A DNA stretch of 61,921 nucleotides, filler included, from Limisphaerales bacterium (lineage in GTDB: Bacteria; Verrucomicrobiota; Verrucomicrobiia; Limisphaerales; SIBE01), in the NCBI GenBank assembly GCA_044225505.1. It is 3 parts of 3 records of this genome, joined end to end, with 100 filler letters (N's around TTAATTAATTAA, not from the genome) between each part and the next. Parts side by side here need not be neighbours in the genome. Positions count along the whole stretch, not along the records: positions 20,711 to 41,345 come from JBGAIN010000150.1; positions 41,446 to 61,921 come from JBGAIN010000151.1; 1 more part is not named here. The stretch is one strand, 5' to 3'. Positions 31,771 to 42,212 of the stretch are shown here, in pieces (positions within the stretch are counted from its first letter, which is position 1; every line of letters starts with the position of its first letter). Below the pieces are notes generated by a model, which saw nothing but the letters and a program-made list of their open reading frames with translations, did not search any database and was not told the origin of the DNA. A program made the translations under genes and the position numbers.

Positions 31771-31800
31771 GGAACCCGATCGCACGTCGCGACCTCCTAT
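31771..31800 (+). promoter_or_regulatory. Putative ECF target promoter for the cupredoxin/CHRD gene
   Basis: GGAACC-N16-CCTCCTAT. Confidence 0.65.
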
Positions 31801-31901
31801 GTGAGGTCGAGCCCGAGACTGCGGAATCGCCAGTTCCCGATTCCAATGCGGCTGCGTGCCGCCAAACGGCAGTGTGTTATTTAGATGTGCATGGACAAAT
31901 A

Positions 31902-32552
31902 ATGAAAACCAATTCCAGTTACTCTCACCGAAGCCTCTGGGGTCTAGCGCTTCTCTTCCTGGCTTGGACGAGCCGTACCCAGGCAGCGGATCACACGGTC
32001 GAGATTACAAATTTCTCGTTTCGCCCTGCGACCCTGACCATTGACGCGGGAGACACAGTAACTTGGATTAACAAGGACGCTGTGCAGCATACCTCCACGA
32101 GCGGCGTTGGGGGTAAGGCAGACGGTCTTTGGGACTCGGGTTTGCTCAGTTTGAATAAGTCTTTCCCGCACACGTTTTCAGACCCGGGAAGCTTTCGTTA
32201 CTACTGTACTCCGCACACGTTCATGACCGGCACGATCACGGTCAACGCAGGCACGGTCGCCTTGCAGGTCAGTATTACCAGCCCAACGAATCAAACGGTT
32301 TTTGCCGGACCTACCAACGTCACGGTTGAGGCAACGGTCACCGCCACTGGAACAACCGTAACCAACGTGACCTTCTTCGATGGGACGACGTCGCTCGGTG
32401 AAGATACGACAGCGCCGTATTCAGTGACGGTCCCGTTGGCTGCAGGGAGTCACACCTTGACTGCGCAAGCCGCGGGTACCGGCGACCGGAAAGCCACTTC
32501 CAGCTCCGTGACGGTGACAGTCAATACCGGAGGAACTGGCGGCGACCCTTAA
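31902..32552 (+). CDS. Secreted cupredoxin (plastocyanin/amicyanin-like) plus Ig-like domain; probably N-terminal part of the following gene
   Basis: Signal peptide; F.P..LTI..GDTVTW.N.D..QH and YYCTPHTFM type-1 Cu ligands; VSITSP…TLTAQA Ig-like domain. Confidence 0.85.
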   Translation: MKTNSSYSHRSLWGLALLFLAWTSRTQAADHTVEITNFSFRPATLTIDAGDTVTWINKDAVQHTSTSGVGGKADGLWDSGLLSLNKSFPHTFSDPGSFRYYCTPHTFMTGTITVNAGTVALQVSITSPTNQTVFAGPTNVTVEATVTATGTTVTNVTFFDGTTSLGEDTTAPYSVTVPLAAGSHTLTAQAAGTGDRKATSSSVTVTVNTGGTGGDP

Positions 32553-35524
32553 ATACGAGCGGAACCGGCGGCGACCCTGGCTCGGGCGGAAAGAAGATCG
32601 AAGATCCAATCCCTGCCCATCTTGTCAAAGGTGACACAACGATCGAGTTGGAAACGGTCGCCGAGGGGTTGATCTCCCCGCTCGGGTTGACTGCTCCGGA
32701 CGATGGGAGTGGACGGATGTTCGTTTACGACCAAGCAGGGCTTGTTTACGTCATTGCTAATGGGAGCAAACTCGAAACGCCATTACTGGACGTGCGGGAT
32801 CGACTGGTCGCACTTGGTTCCTACGATGAACGTGGTTTGCTCGGATTCGCCACGCACCCGAACTTTGCGCAAAATCCATTGGTATACACCTACACATCCG
32901 AAGCGAACGGAGGCAAGGCAGATTTTACCAGCTCCCTTCCAGGGGGAAGCACCAATGATCATCAGTCCGTCATCACGGAATGGCGGATAGACCCGGCGAA
33001 CACGAACCGGATAGACCTCGCCAGTCGACGTGAGATTCTTCGCATTGATCAACCGCAACCCAATCACAATGGCGGCACACTCCGATTTGGTCCGGACGGC
33101 TTTCTTTACATTAGCTTAGGCGACGGCGGCGGAGCGGACGACGAAGGACCTGGGCATGGGGCGACAGGGAACGGGCAGGACCGCGAAAACCTCTACGGCA
33201 CGCTGGTCCGGATCAACATCGACGGGCGAACGTCCAACAATGGCCAATACGCGGTCCCTACGGATAATCCGTTTGTTGGACAGGCAGGGGTAGACGAGAT
33301 CTACGCGTATGGCTTCCGAAATCCCTACAGCTATAGCTTTGATCGGCTCACGGGCGAACTTTACCTGGCGGATGTTGGACAGAATCAAGTCGAAGAACTC
33401 GATCGGGTTTTTGCGGGTGGCAATTACGGGTGGCCAATCAAGGAAGGCGGCTTCTACTTTGATCAGGCCGGAACCAATGCCGGATTTGTCACAACGGTCC
33501 CGGTCCGCGATGTGCCAGCCGATCTCGTGGATCCCATTGCCCAGTATGATCACGACGAAGGGACTGTCCTGGTGGCCGGTTATGTCTACAGGGGCGCGAA
33601 TATTCCAGGTTTGATTGGACGTTACCTCGCTGGAGACTGGGGTAACTTCGCACAACCGCTCGGCCGCTTGGTTTACTTGGATCGGACGGAATTCAAACAG
33701 CTTCGAATCGGGAATAACGATCGACCTTTAGGGCTTTGGCTGAAGGGCTTTGGGCAGGACGCCAACGGTGAACTGTATGTGCTCGGTTCCACAAACCTGG
33801 GGCCCGGTGGGACTTCCGGGAAAGTGCTGAAGATCGTCCCTCCCCAGCCGATCGAGATCACGGGAGTCGCTCGCAGTTCGACCAACCTGGCGCTTGCTTG
33901 GACCGATGGAATCGGACCGTTCCTGGTCCAGGAACAAGATGAGATCTATGAAGATAGCTGGAAACCCGTCTCCTATCCCGTCACGGCGACGGTGACACTC
34001 CCCATTCAACAGGAAGTCAACTTTTTCCGAGTAGCGCCGGTCACTGGAAATTCCGATATTCCCTTTACGGTGTTTATGAGTGGCAGTGCGGAGCGGCCCA
34101 CGCCAGTGGAAACGACGGCCACCGGAAGTGGAACCCTCAGCTTGGCTGGGAACACCTTGCACTTCGACATTCGCTATGCCGGCCTAAGTGGCGCAGCCGT
34201 TGCCGCTCACATCCACGGACCTGGGACATCTTCTGCCGCAGCCGGAGTCTTAATTGATCTCAAGCCGTATAACGGCGGTGCCTTCGGCACAAACGGTACG
34301 CTCTCAGGATCCGTCACCGTAACTCCCGAACAAAAAGCCATGGTGCTCTCCGGGCTGACTTATGTAAACGTTCACACGCCAGCGCATGCGGGCGGAGAGA
34401 TTCGGGGGCAGGTCGTTCCGGTGGCTTTCCAGGCCTCACTGTCTGGAGATGCTGAACGCCCTCAACCGGTCGCAACCCTTGCGGAAGGCGCTGGCACATT
34501 TCTGCTCGCGGGAAACCAGCTGACGTTCAACGTGAACTACCACGATTTGAGTGGCGCTGCTGTGGCCGCGCACATTCATGGCCCTGCGGGGCCCGACGAA
34601 GCGGTGGGTGTCTTAATTGATCTAAAGACATTTGCGGTGGGTGGATTTGGCACGAATGGGACTCTCGCTGGAACCGTCACGCTCACTGCCGATCAACTGG
34701 CATCGGTCGCGGACGGGCTCACTTACGTGAACATTCACACGCCCGCCCATGCCGGAGGTGAAATCCGCGGTCAGATCCTGCCGAACCCCTCATCCGTTCC
34801 GCTAAGTGCCTCGTTAAGTGGGGCGGCCGAGCGGCCGACGCCCGTTGAGACCACGGCCACGGGTTCGGGCTACTTCCTCTTGTCGGGAAGTCACCTCCAG
34901 TTTCACGTTAACTACTCGGGCTTAAGCGGCCCAGCGGTCGCTGCTCACATCCATGGACCCGCCCGTGCGTCCGAAGCGGCTGGCGTGTCCATCAATTTAG
35001 CACCGTTTGCGCAAGGTGGATTTGGCGCCAACGGGACACTGGCAGGCACCGTTTCAATTACCGACCTTCAACGGGCGATGTTGCTGGATGGACGAGCTTA
35101 CGTAAATGTCCACACGGCAGCTCATGGCGGCGGGGAAATTCGCGGCCAGGTCAGTCCGGTGTTGTTGCATAGCGTGCTTTTAGGGGCGTCCGAACGACCG
35201 AGCGCCGTGCAGTCCCCCGGAAAGGGAACCGGACATTTCCTCTTGCTCGGCAATCAACTTAACGTGCAGACCACCTACGCTGGACTTTCGTCCACAGCGG
35301 TAGCGGCGCATATCCATGGTCCAGCGGCTCCTTCAGGAGCGACTGGGGTCCTGATTGATCTTGAACCGTTGAATGGCGGAGCCTTCGGGACCAACGGCAG
35401 TCTGGCGGGGACCGTGACACTCACTCCGGATCAGTTGGCAGCGCTGGTTGATGGATTAACCTACGTGAACTTTCACACTGGCCCACACGCTGGCGGTGAA
35501 ATACGAGGGCAGATTGTCCGCTGA
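32552..35524 (+). CDS. PQQ-dependent glucose/sorbosone dehydrogenase domain plus four CHRD domains; frame continues from the upstream ORF by a -1 shift
   Basis: DERGLLGFATHP, NHNGG, FGPDGFLY, YAYGFRNP, GNYGWP; 4x AAHIHGP…YVNxHT…GEIRGQ; no signal peptide or good start of its own. Confidence 0.88.
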   Translation, partial: NTSGTGGDPGSGGKKIEDPIPAHLVKGDTTIELETVAEGLISPLGLTAPDDGSGRMFVYDQAGLVYVIANGSKLETPLLDVRDRLVALGSYDERGLLGFATHPNFAQNPLVYTYTSEANGGKADFTSSLPGGSTNDHQSVITEWRIDPANTNRIDLASRREILRIDQPQPNHNGGTLRFGPDGFLYISLGDGGGADDEGPGHGATGNGQDRENLYGTLVRINIDGRTSNNGQYAVPTDNPFVGQAGVDEIYAYGFRNPYSYSFDRLTGELYLADVGQNQVEELDRVFAGGNYGWPIKEGGFYFDQAGTNAGFVTTVPVRDVPADLVDPIAQYDHDEGTVLVAGYVYRGANIPGLIGRYLAGDWGNFAQPLGRLVYLDRTEFKQLRIGNNDRPLGLWLKGFGQDANGELYVLGSTNLGPGGTSGKVLKIVPPQPIEITGVARSSTNLALAWTDGIGPFLVQEQDEIYEDSWKPVSYPVTATVTLPIQQEVNFFRVAPVTGNSDIPFTVFMSGSAERPTPVETTATGSGTLSLAGNTLHFDIRYAGLSGAAVAAHIHGPGTSSAAAGVLIDLKPYNGGAFGTNGTLSGSVTVTPEQKAMVLSGLTYVNVHTPAHAGGEIRGQVVPVAFQASLSGDAERPQPVATLAEGAGTFLLAGNQLTFNVNYHDLSGAAVAAHIHGPAGPDEAVGVLIDLKTFAVGGFGTNGTLAGTVTLTADQLASVADGLTYVNIHTPAHAGGEIRGQILPNPSSVPLSASLSGAAERPTPVETTATGSGYFLLSGSHLQFHVNYSGLSGPAVAAHIHGPARASEAAGVSINLAPFAQGGFGANGTLAGTVSITDLQRAMLLDGRAYVNVHTAAHGGGEIRGQVSPVLLHSVLLGASERPSAVQSPGKGTGHFLLLGNQLNVQTTYAGLSSTAVAAHIHGPAAPSGATGVLIDLEPLNGGAFGTNGSLAGTVTLTPDQLAALVDGLTYVNFHTGPHAGGEIRGQIVR

Positions 35525-35573
35525 CCCTTTGGGAAACTTGTGACAGGCAAGCAGGGTTCACTTCCTGTCCTTG

Positions 35574-35606
35574 ACGCCCCGTCGATGCACGTCCGCGGGG
35601 CGTTTT
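35574..35606 (+). terminator. Probable intrinsic terminator
   Basis: ACGCCCCG…CGGGGCGT stem followed by TTT. Confidence 0.45.
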
Positions 35607-35679
35607 GCTTCTTCCGATCTCGTTTGACGGTGGGCAGTCTTCAGACTTACTATCCGGTCAAGCACTATCGCTACCTTTT

Positions 35680-36588
35680 ATGAGGACGCAAATCTCTCGC
35701 CGCACTGCCCTTCGCACTATGACCAAAACCGCCGTTACTGTCTCCGTGGCTGGCGCACTCGAAACTCGCCTGCGCGCTGAAGATCGTGCCGCCGGAGCGA
35801 ATTCCGGAAGAGTGAATCACTCCGTTTGCAAATGGTGTTATGGCAGTATCAGCCTCGAAGATCTCTGCATTGCGGGCAAAGAAATGGGCTTGCAGTCCAT
35901 CGAGCTCTTGGAGACCAAGGATTTTCCCACTTTAAAGAAGTACGACCTGCAATGTGCCATGGTCAGCGGTGTTCCAGGTGGCATCACTCAGGGATTAAAT
36001 CGCGTTGAGAACCACGACGACATTGTGGAATTCTATGCTGCAACCGCGCCCATCGTGGCTAAAGCGGGATTCAAAAACATCATCTGCTTCTCCGGCAACC
36101 GGGACGGTCTGAGTAATGAGCAAGGGTTGATCAATTGTGCCGTGGGCCTCAAACGCGTGGCGCGGATTTGTGAGAAACACGGCGTGGTGGCGGTGATGGA
36201 ACTTCTCAACAGCAAGATCGACCACCACGATTACATGTGTGACCACACCGCGTGGGGCGTCGAACTTTGCAAACACGTGGGGTCGGAGAACTTCAAGCTG
36301 CTTTACGACATCTACCATATGCAAATCATGGAAGGTGATGTCATCCGCACGATCCGCGGCGACAAAGGAAAGGGGATTGAATCGGCAGCTCCTTATATTG
36401 CCCACTACCACACCGGAGGTGTCCCAGGCCGCAATGAAATCGATGAGACTCAAGAGCTTCACTACCCTGCCATCATGAAGGCGATCCTGGAGACGGGCTT
36501 CAAGGGATTTGTGGCGCAGGAGTTCATTCCGAAACGCCCGAACGCGCTGGCATCACTCAAGCAAGGCGTGCAGATCTGCACTGTCTAA
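35680..36588 (+). CDS. Tat-exported hydroxypyruvate isomerase family TIM-barrel protein
   Basis: ISRRTAL leader, ICFSGNR, MELLNS, LLYDIYHMQIMEGD, HYHTGGVPGR, QEF. Confidence 0.9.
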   Translation: MRTQISRRTALRTMTKTAVTVSVAGALETRLRAEDRAAGANSGRVNHSVCKWCYGSISLEDLCIAGKEMGLQSIELLETKDFPTLKKYDLQCAMVSGVPGGITQGLNRVENHDDIVEFYAATAPIVAKAGFKNIICFSGNRDGLSNEQGLINCAVGLKRVARICEKHGVVAVMELLNSKIDHHDYMCDHTAWGVELCKHVGSENFKLLYDIYHMQIMEGDVIRTIRGDKGKGIESAAPYIAHYHTGGVPGRNEIDETQELHYPAIMKAILETGFKGFVAQEFIPKRPNALASLKQGVQICTV

Positions 36589-36603
36589 TCATAACCCTGG
36601 TAG

Positions 36604-37074
36604 TCAGGCGTCGAACAGTTGCTTCATACTGATCCCGAACCCGGGCAACGTAGGTTCTTCGAGCAACTCGATATTTGCCAGAATGCGTTTCAAGACCAAG
36701 CCGTATGGGCTGCCGTGATACACTTCAACATTGTCGTAGCGCGGGTCAACCATCCATAAGCGCGGAAGCCTGATTTCTTCGTAGACGGATTTCTTGACCA
36801 CCGTGTCTGTCCGGTGGTCTTGGGAATTGACGATCTCGGCCGCAAGCCAGAGCTTGCCCGTCGCTGAAGTGACCAGCGCGAGATCTGGACGCATGATGCT
36901 TCCAGGAGTGATACGGACCACCGATCGGGCCGGGAGTAGCTTCGTGCTGGCCAGGCCGGCGATGGCTGACGCTACGCCAGCGTGCAAGCGTTCACAAATC
37001 TTCTCGTGGCGATCGTCTGGCGGTGATCGCAACAGCGACTCCCCATGGAAGATCTCTTCGTAGGGCTGACTCAT
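36604..37074 (-). CDS. Uma2 family (PD-(D/E)xK-like) endonuclease
   Basis: EIFHG…PPDDRHE, RPDL, AEIVN…DTVVKKSVY, LWMVDP, LPGF. Confidence 0.8.
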   Translation of the reverse strand: MSQPYEEIFHGESLLRSPPDDRHEKICERLHAGVASAIAGLASTKLLPARSVVRITPGSIMRPDLALVTSATGKLWLAAEIVNSQDHRTDTVVKKSVYEEIRLPRLWMVDPRYDNVEVYHGSPYGLVLKRILANIELLEEPTLPGFGISMKQLFDA

Positions 37075-37160
37075 CGCGTCAGTGTGACGTCTTAAACTGC
37101 GAACAGCAACGAACAACGAACGAAGCCAGTATTAGTCGCGCGGCCCGCCATTGGCGCTGC

Positions 37161-39980
37161 TTATCCCCTCCGCGGCGCTCGCTTCCGCTTGGACTGGAGA
37201 AGCTCTTTCAAGAACCGCCCGGTATGGGAACGGGCATGCCCCGCGACACGTTCTGGTGTCCCGGCGCACACGATCTCTCCCCCACCCTCTCCCGCTTCCG
37301 GGCCAAGATCGATCACCCAATCCGCCTCGGCGATTAACTCCATATTGTGTTCGATGACGATGACGGAATGCCCTGCGTCCACCAGCCGCTGCAAGACTTC
37401 GACCAATCGTTTCACATCCGCCATGTGCAGGCCGATGGTCGGCTCTTCAAGAATGAACAAATTGTGCCGCGGCAACGGATGGAGCACATCTGGTCCGCCC
37501 TTGAGTCCCGTCAACAGGTGAGTGACGAGCTTCATGCGCTGTGCTTCCCCTCCGCTCAACGTCGGACTGATCTGTCCAAGTTGGATGTAATCCAGGCCTG
37601 TGTCCCGCAATGCTTCCAGCGGAGCTCGAATCTTCTTGATCGTGGAAAAGAACTCCAGCGCCTCGTCGACACTCATGTCCAATACTTGCGCGATGTTCTT
37701 CTCCCGATAGGTAATGTCGAGCGTCTCCCGGTTAAACCGACGTCCCTCACATGCTTCACACCGGACAAAGGCAGCCGGAAGAAAATTCATTTCCAACTTC
37801 ACATTGCCAGCCCCTTCGCAAGTGGAACAGCGGCCTTGCGGACTGTTGAACGAGAATCGTCCGGGCGAGTAACCGCGCAAGCGAGCCTCGGGCGTCTGAG
37901 AAAACAGCTGTCGGATCGTATCGAAAAATAGCAGCCGTTGTTGCTGAGTGGAATGAGGCGTGCGGCCAATGGGTGATTGGTCACTTCATAGACGGCCTTG
38001 ACCAGATTGCCTCCTTCTAATTGCGCATAGGACCCATCCATGCGCTGGGTGACGCCACGCTTCCGCCTGTAGGCTGGGAAGAAGGCATTCTCGAACCAAC
38101 GTGCTCTTCCCAGACCCACTGACCCCAGTCACCACGACCAGGCGATTCAGCGGAAAAGCGACGGTGAGATCCTTGAGGTTGTTCACCGAGGCATGTTTCA
38201 GAACCAGCGCCGGTTCGGCTAGCCATTGAGAACTTCGGGGTTTCAACGGATCCTTCGCCCGGAAGGGCGCGGCTTGCTCGCGAAGCACAAAATCGTCCCC
38301 AACCTCTCTCTTCAAGCCCGAGGGAACCGGTCTCGCGACTGAACCGCCCGCACGGACTGGCCGTCTGGCGCCGCGGGTCGGATAGCTCTTGTGCGCACGC
38401 AGACATTGGCCCGTTATCGAATCATCATGGCGCATTAACTCCGCGAGAGTGCCGCTAGCGACGACCGTTCCTCCATGCACACCGGCGCCGGGTCCCAAAT
38501 CGACGATGTGATCCGCGCTCCGCATGGTCGCCTCATCATGCTCGACAACGACGAGGGAATTGCCCCGGGAACGCAGCATGGAGAGCGCGATCAACAATTG
38601 CTCATTGTCTCTCGAATGCAGCCCGATCGTGGGTTCATCCAGAACGTAAAGAACACCGCTCAAGTTCGATCCAAGTTGCGCCGCCAATCGAATCCGTTGC
38701 GCCTCGCCGCCAGACAACGTGGTGGCACTTCTCCCTAGGTGCAAATAACCAAGCCCGACCTCTGCCAGGAATTTCAGCCGCTCAACAATCTCCGGCAAAA
38801 TGTCCCGAGCAATCGTGGCGTCGCGCCCGGCAAACTTTAGCTTCCTAAAGAAGGCGAGAGCTTTTTCGACGGCCGCACTGCCAATGTGATCGATCGTCGG
38901 AAAGCCTTTCCCATGGATCGCTTGCGCTGCTGACGCCGCTTTCCCGCTGGTGAGCCGGACGGCGCGCGCGACGGGATTTAACCGGGCTCCCCCACAATCC
39001 GGACACAGTTCGCGCTTGCCTTCCTGCCACTCAAACCATGATTCCTCAATCGCGTCCGCACGGGCTCCACGATCGACATCGGGTAGATAGAACAGTTCGC
39101 CAAAGCCGCGGCAACGCGGACACCAGCCTTGCGCGGAATTGTAGCTCAGGTTCTTTGGATCCAAGGGCTGGAAGGAAGCGCCGCACTCCGGACACGCCCG
39201 TTCCGTGGAGTGCACCGTGGTTTTCCCAGACCGATTGAGCGTCAATACAGTCCCATGACCGATTTCCAGGGCGCTGTCGATCAACTCTTGGACCGAACGC
39301 CTCGGACGCGGGCCGCCTCCTGAAAGTGTTCCCAAGACGATCTCCACATCGTGTTCACGAAATCGGTCGAGACGAAAAGGCTCGTTGGTTCGATACAGCC
39401 GCCCATCCGCGCGAAGCTGCGCATAGCCATGTTTCGCCGCCCAATCCGCAACTTCGGAATGAAATCCTTTCCGGTTTTTGACGACTGGAGCCAGAAGCGT
39501 CAGCTCTCCCTCCGATTTCAACTGCGCGGCGATGCGCCGACCAAGTTGGTCCCGGGATTGGGCCTCCACCGGGATTTGACACTCCGGACAGTACTGAGTT
39601 CCCAAACGGGCAAAAAGGAGACGAACAAAATGGTAAATTTCGGTAACGGTAGCCACCGTGCTTTTGCCACCGCCTCGCGAATTCCGCTGTTCAATGCTAA
39701 CGGTGGGAGGAATGCCCGTAATAAGGTCGACGTCCGGCCGGGCGAGTTGATCCACGAATTGGCGGGCGTAAGCGCTCATCGAATCCAAGAAGCGCCTCTG
39801 CCCTTCGGCGAAGAGCAAATCGAACGCGAGGGTGCTCTTGCCGGAACCGCTGACGCCGGTAATTACCACGAACTTGTTTCGCGGAATTACCAGGTCCAGA
39901 TTCTTTAAGTTGTGCTCCCTGGCACCGTAGATGGCGATGCTATCTTCGGGCAGCTTTAGGGAGAGCGGCTCAACAATCAC
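37161..39980 (-). pseudogene. uvrA: Excinuclease ABC subunit A, interrupted near 37925-38075 (compensating indels leaving a TGA at 37986); possibly a sequencing error in an intact gene
   Basis: GAREHNLKN, two GVSGSGKST Walker A, two LSGGEAQR signatures, CxxC zinc fingers, DQSPIGRTP, GRFSFN. Confidence 0.85.
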
Positions 39981-40116
39981 GCCACTCTATTTACCATCAG
40001 AGCGGAGCTTAGCAACTTCGTCCGCTCGTAAAGGCAACAAACGCTTTGGCGAGCCCCGGGGATAAGCCCCAGGCGCTCGGCAGTCCAACGCCTCGGCCCG
40101 CGCCAGACCGATCGGT

Positions 40117-40275
40117 TCAAAGGCGGCCCGTTAACAGCAAAATCAACAGAATCACGAGAAGCAATCCTACCGTCCCGCTCGGAGCGTAACCCCAGGAGCG
40201 GTTGTATCCCCAGACGGGCACCGCCCCAAGTAGTGCCAAGACGAGGACAATGATTAAAATGGTGCTGAGCGTCAT
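40117..40275 (-). CDS. DUF3309 family small membrane protein (52 aa; absent from the ORF track)
   Basis: MTLSTILIIVLVLALLGAVPVWGYNRSWGYAPSGTVGLLLVILLILLLTGRL; strong SD AAAGGAGA. Confidence 0.9.
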   Translation of the reverse strand: MTLSTILIIVLVLALLGAVPVWGYNRSWGYAPSGTVGLLLVILLILLLTGRL

Positions 40276-40470
40276 AGATCTCCTTTCGGTTTCTTAGTCG
40301 CCTTAAACCAGTGCCTACGCTCGTTTAAGCAACTAAAACCAGCTTAGAAGCGGCTTTATGCGCCGCAATCCTCTACGACACTTGAATTCGCCCCCTGGAA
40401 TACACGCGATAGAGCTAGGGCCCGCCCCGAGAGCGAGCCACTAACCTCAGAAGAAGATGAAGTCCATGGA

Positions 40471-40502
40471 CTGAGGAAACGCCAGAACGTGCGTTCCCTC
40501 AG
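40471..40502 (-). terminator. Hairpin downstream of icd
   Basis: CTGAGGAAACGC-N8-GCGTTCCCTCAG imperfect inverted repeat. Confidence 0.35.
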
Positions 40503-40553
40503 CTCCTGCGACAACTTAGCGCAACTCCGGATCGAGGCTCGACCACCAATTCG

Positions 40554-41345
40554 TTACGCCATGTGCTGAATGATATTGTCGCCGAACTCAGAGCACTTGA
40601 TCTCGGTCGCACCTTCCATCAGCCGCGCAAAGTCGTAGGTGACGCGCTTCGATGAAATCGCGCCATTTAATCCCTTGACGATCAAGTCAGCCGCCTCATT
40701 CCAACCGAGGTATCGAAGCATCATCTCTCCGCTCAACACCACGCTGCCGGGATTGACCTTGTCGAGGTTCGCATACTTCGGAGCTGTTCCATGGGTCGCT
40801 TCGAAGATAGCGTGGCCAGTGATGTAATTGATGTTGCCGCCGGGTGCGATCCCGATGCCGCCAACCTGCGCCGCGAGCGCGTCTGAGAGGTAATCGCCAT
40901 TCAGATTAAGGGTGGCGATCACATCAAAATCCTCCGGCCGAGTCAGCACTTGCTGCAAGGTAATATCCGCAATGGCATCCTTGACCAGAATGGCGCCCCC
41001 TTTCACAGCGGCACGCTGCTCTTCATTGGCGACCGGCTCTCCCTGCTCGCGTTTGGTTCGCTCCCACCGAGCCCAGGTATAGATCTTGTTACCAAAAATA
41101 CGGTCCGCCGCTGCGTAGGCCCAGTCGCGAAATGCACCTTCGGTGTATTTCATGATGTTGCCTTTGTGAACAATCGTCACGGAGCGACGCTGATGCCGAA
41201 TCGCATATTCGACCGCCGCTCGGATCAATCGGATTGTTCCCACCAAAGAGACCGGCTTGATTCCAATGCCCACGCAAACTTGGGCCGCCTGTGCGGAATG
41301 ATCGGGCGCCGCGACTTTAAGGTACTCCGCCACCTTCTCCGAAGT
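40554..41345 (-). CDS. icd: NADP-dependent isocitrate dehydrogenase, C-terminal part (5' end lost in gap)
   Basis: [52 protein letters not shown]. Confidence 0.95.
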   Translation of the reverse strand, partial: TSEKVAEYLKVAAPDHSAQAAQVCVGIGIKPVSLVGTIRLIRAAVEYAIRHQRRSVTIVHKGNIMKYTEGAFRDWAYAAADRIFGNKIYTWARWERTKREQGEPVANEEQRAAVKGGAILVKDAIADITLQQVLTRPEDFDVIATLNLNGDYLSDALAAQVGGIGIAPGGNINYITGHAIFEATHGTAPKYANLDKVNPGSVVLSGEMMLRYLGWNEAADLIVKGLNGAISSKRVTYDFARLMEGATEIKCSEFGDNIIQHMA

Positions 41346-41445
41346 NNNNNNNNNNNNNNNNNNNNNNNNNNNNNNNNNNNNNNNNNNNNTTAATTAATTA
41401 ANNNNNNNNNNNNNNNNNNNNNNNNNNNNNNNNNNNNNNNNNNNN
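41346..41445. other. Assembly gap with artificial TTAATTAATTAA linker
   Basis: 100 nt of N around the 12-mer at 41390-41401. Confidence 0.97.
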
Positions 41446-42033
41446 TTCTTTGACGAGTTTCTCGAGTTGCAGAATCAGCTCCGGGGGTTGTCGGCTCTTC
41501 CGGAGTCGATCCAAGGCGACCTGCAACGCTGGCTCAGCCACGGGCTCGCGGGAGAGGTTGGGTAACGGAACGGGTTGCTGGCCCGCGATGAACTGTTCGA
41601 CATGCTGGAGAAGCTTGCCCATCCGCCGCGTGACGAGCGGACCTAGTCCATAGCGGACCAAAAGCAGAGCAGCCCAGTTGCGCGGGCGTATCTCGGATCT
41701 GGCGGTCACCGAGACAGTTGTGGCCGAGCGTGAGGTGAGTTGAACGCTGAATCGTGCGTCGTCAATGGGTCCGTGATCAAACGATCGACGGACAGAGTAA
41801 TAGTCGTTCTCGACCCATTCAAATGGCCATTCTTTCCATCGCAACGGCAGTCCAAAATAGCTGGCCCTGGCTTTGACGAGAATGCCACCGTTGGATTCAG
41901 GGGACATTTCGTATTGCACCGACGGAAGTCCGAGCGAGCGGTTGATCCAATCCGTTTTTGCCAAGATTGGCCACACCCGCTCGACTGGAAAAGCGATCTC
42001 ACGTGCGATTTCATTTCGGACGACGTGCGGCAT
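41446..42033 (-). CDS. N-terminal SRPBCC/START-like region of a probable DUF5939-adenylate/guanylate cyclase protein (3'-truncated)
   Basis: VWPILAKTDWINRSLGL and WKEWPFEWV…RSFDHGP resemble the N-termini of that family; the cyclase domain itself is not visible. Confidence 0.55.
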
Positions 42034-42212
42034 CGGCGGAGGATAGGCAGCCAGATCCAACAGTTCAAGAATGCGACGTGGCCAGAGGCGATCCGGCAGA
42101 ATCCATCGGCACAATCTACGAGTACCCGCCCAATCGATCTCTTCTCAGCGGGCGGAACCATCATTCACGTCGTGGCATCACCAAGTGCGGACCATGCCCA
42201 ATTGTCCCGATT

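Noticed and set aside
37986..37988. Selenocysteine or stop readthrough in uvrA
   Set aside because: The TGA falls in a locally out-of-frame stretch explained by compensating indels.
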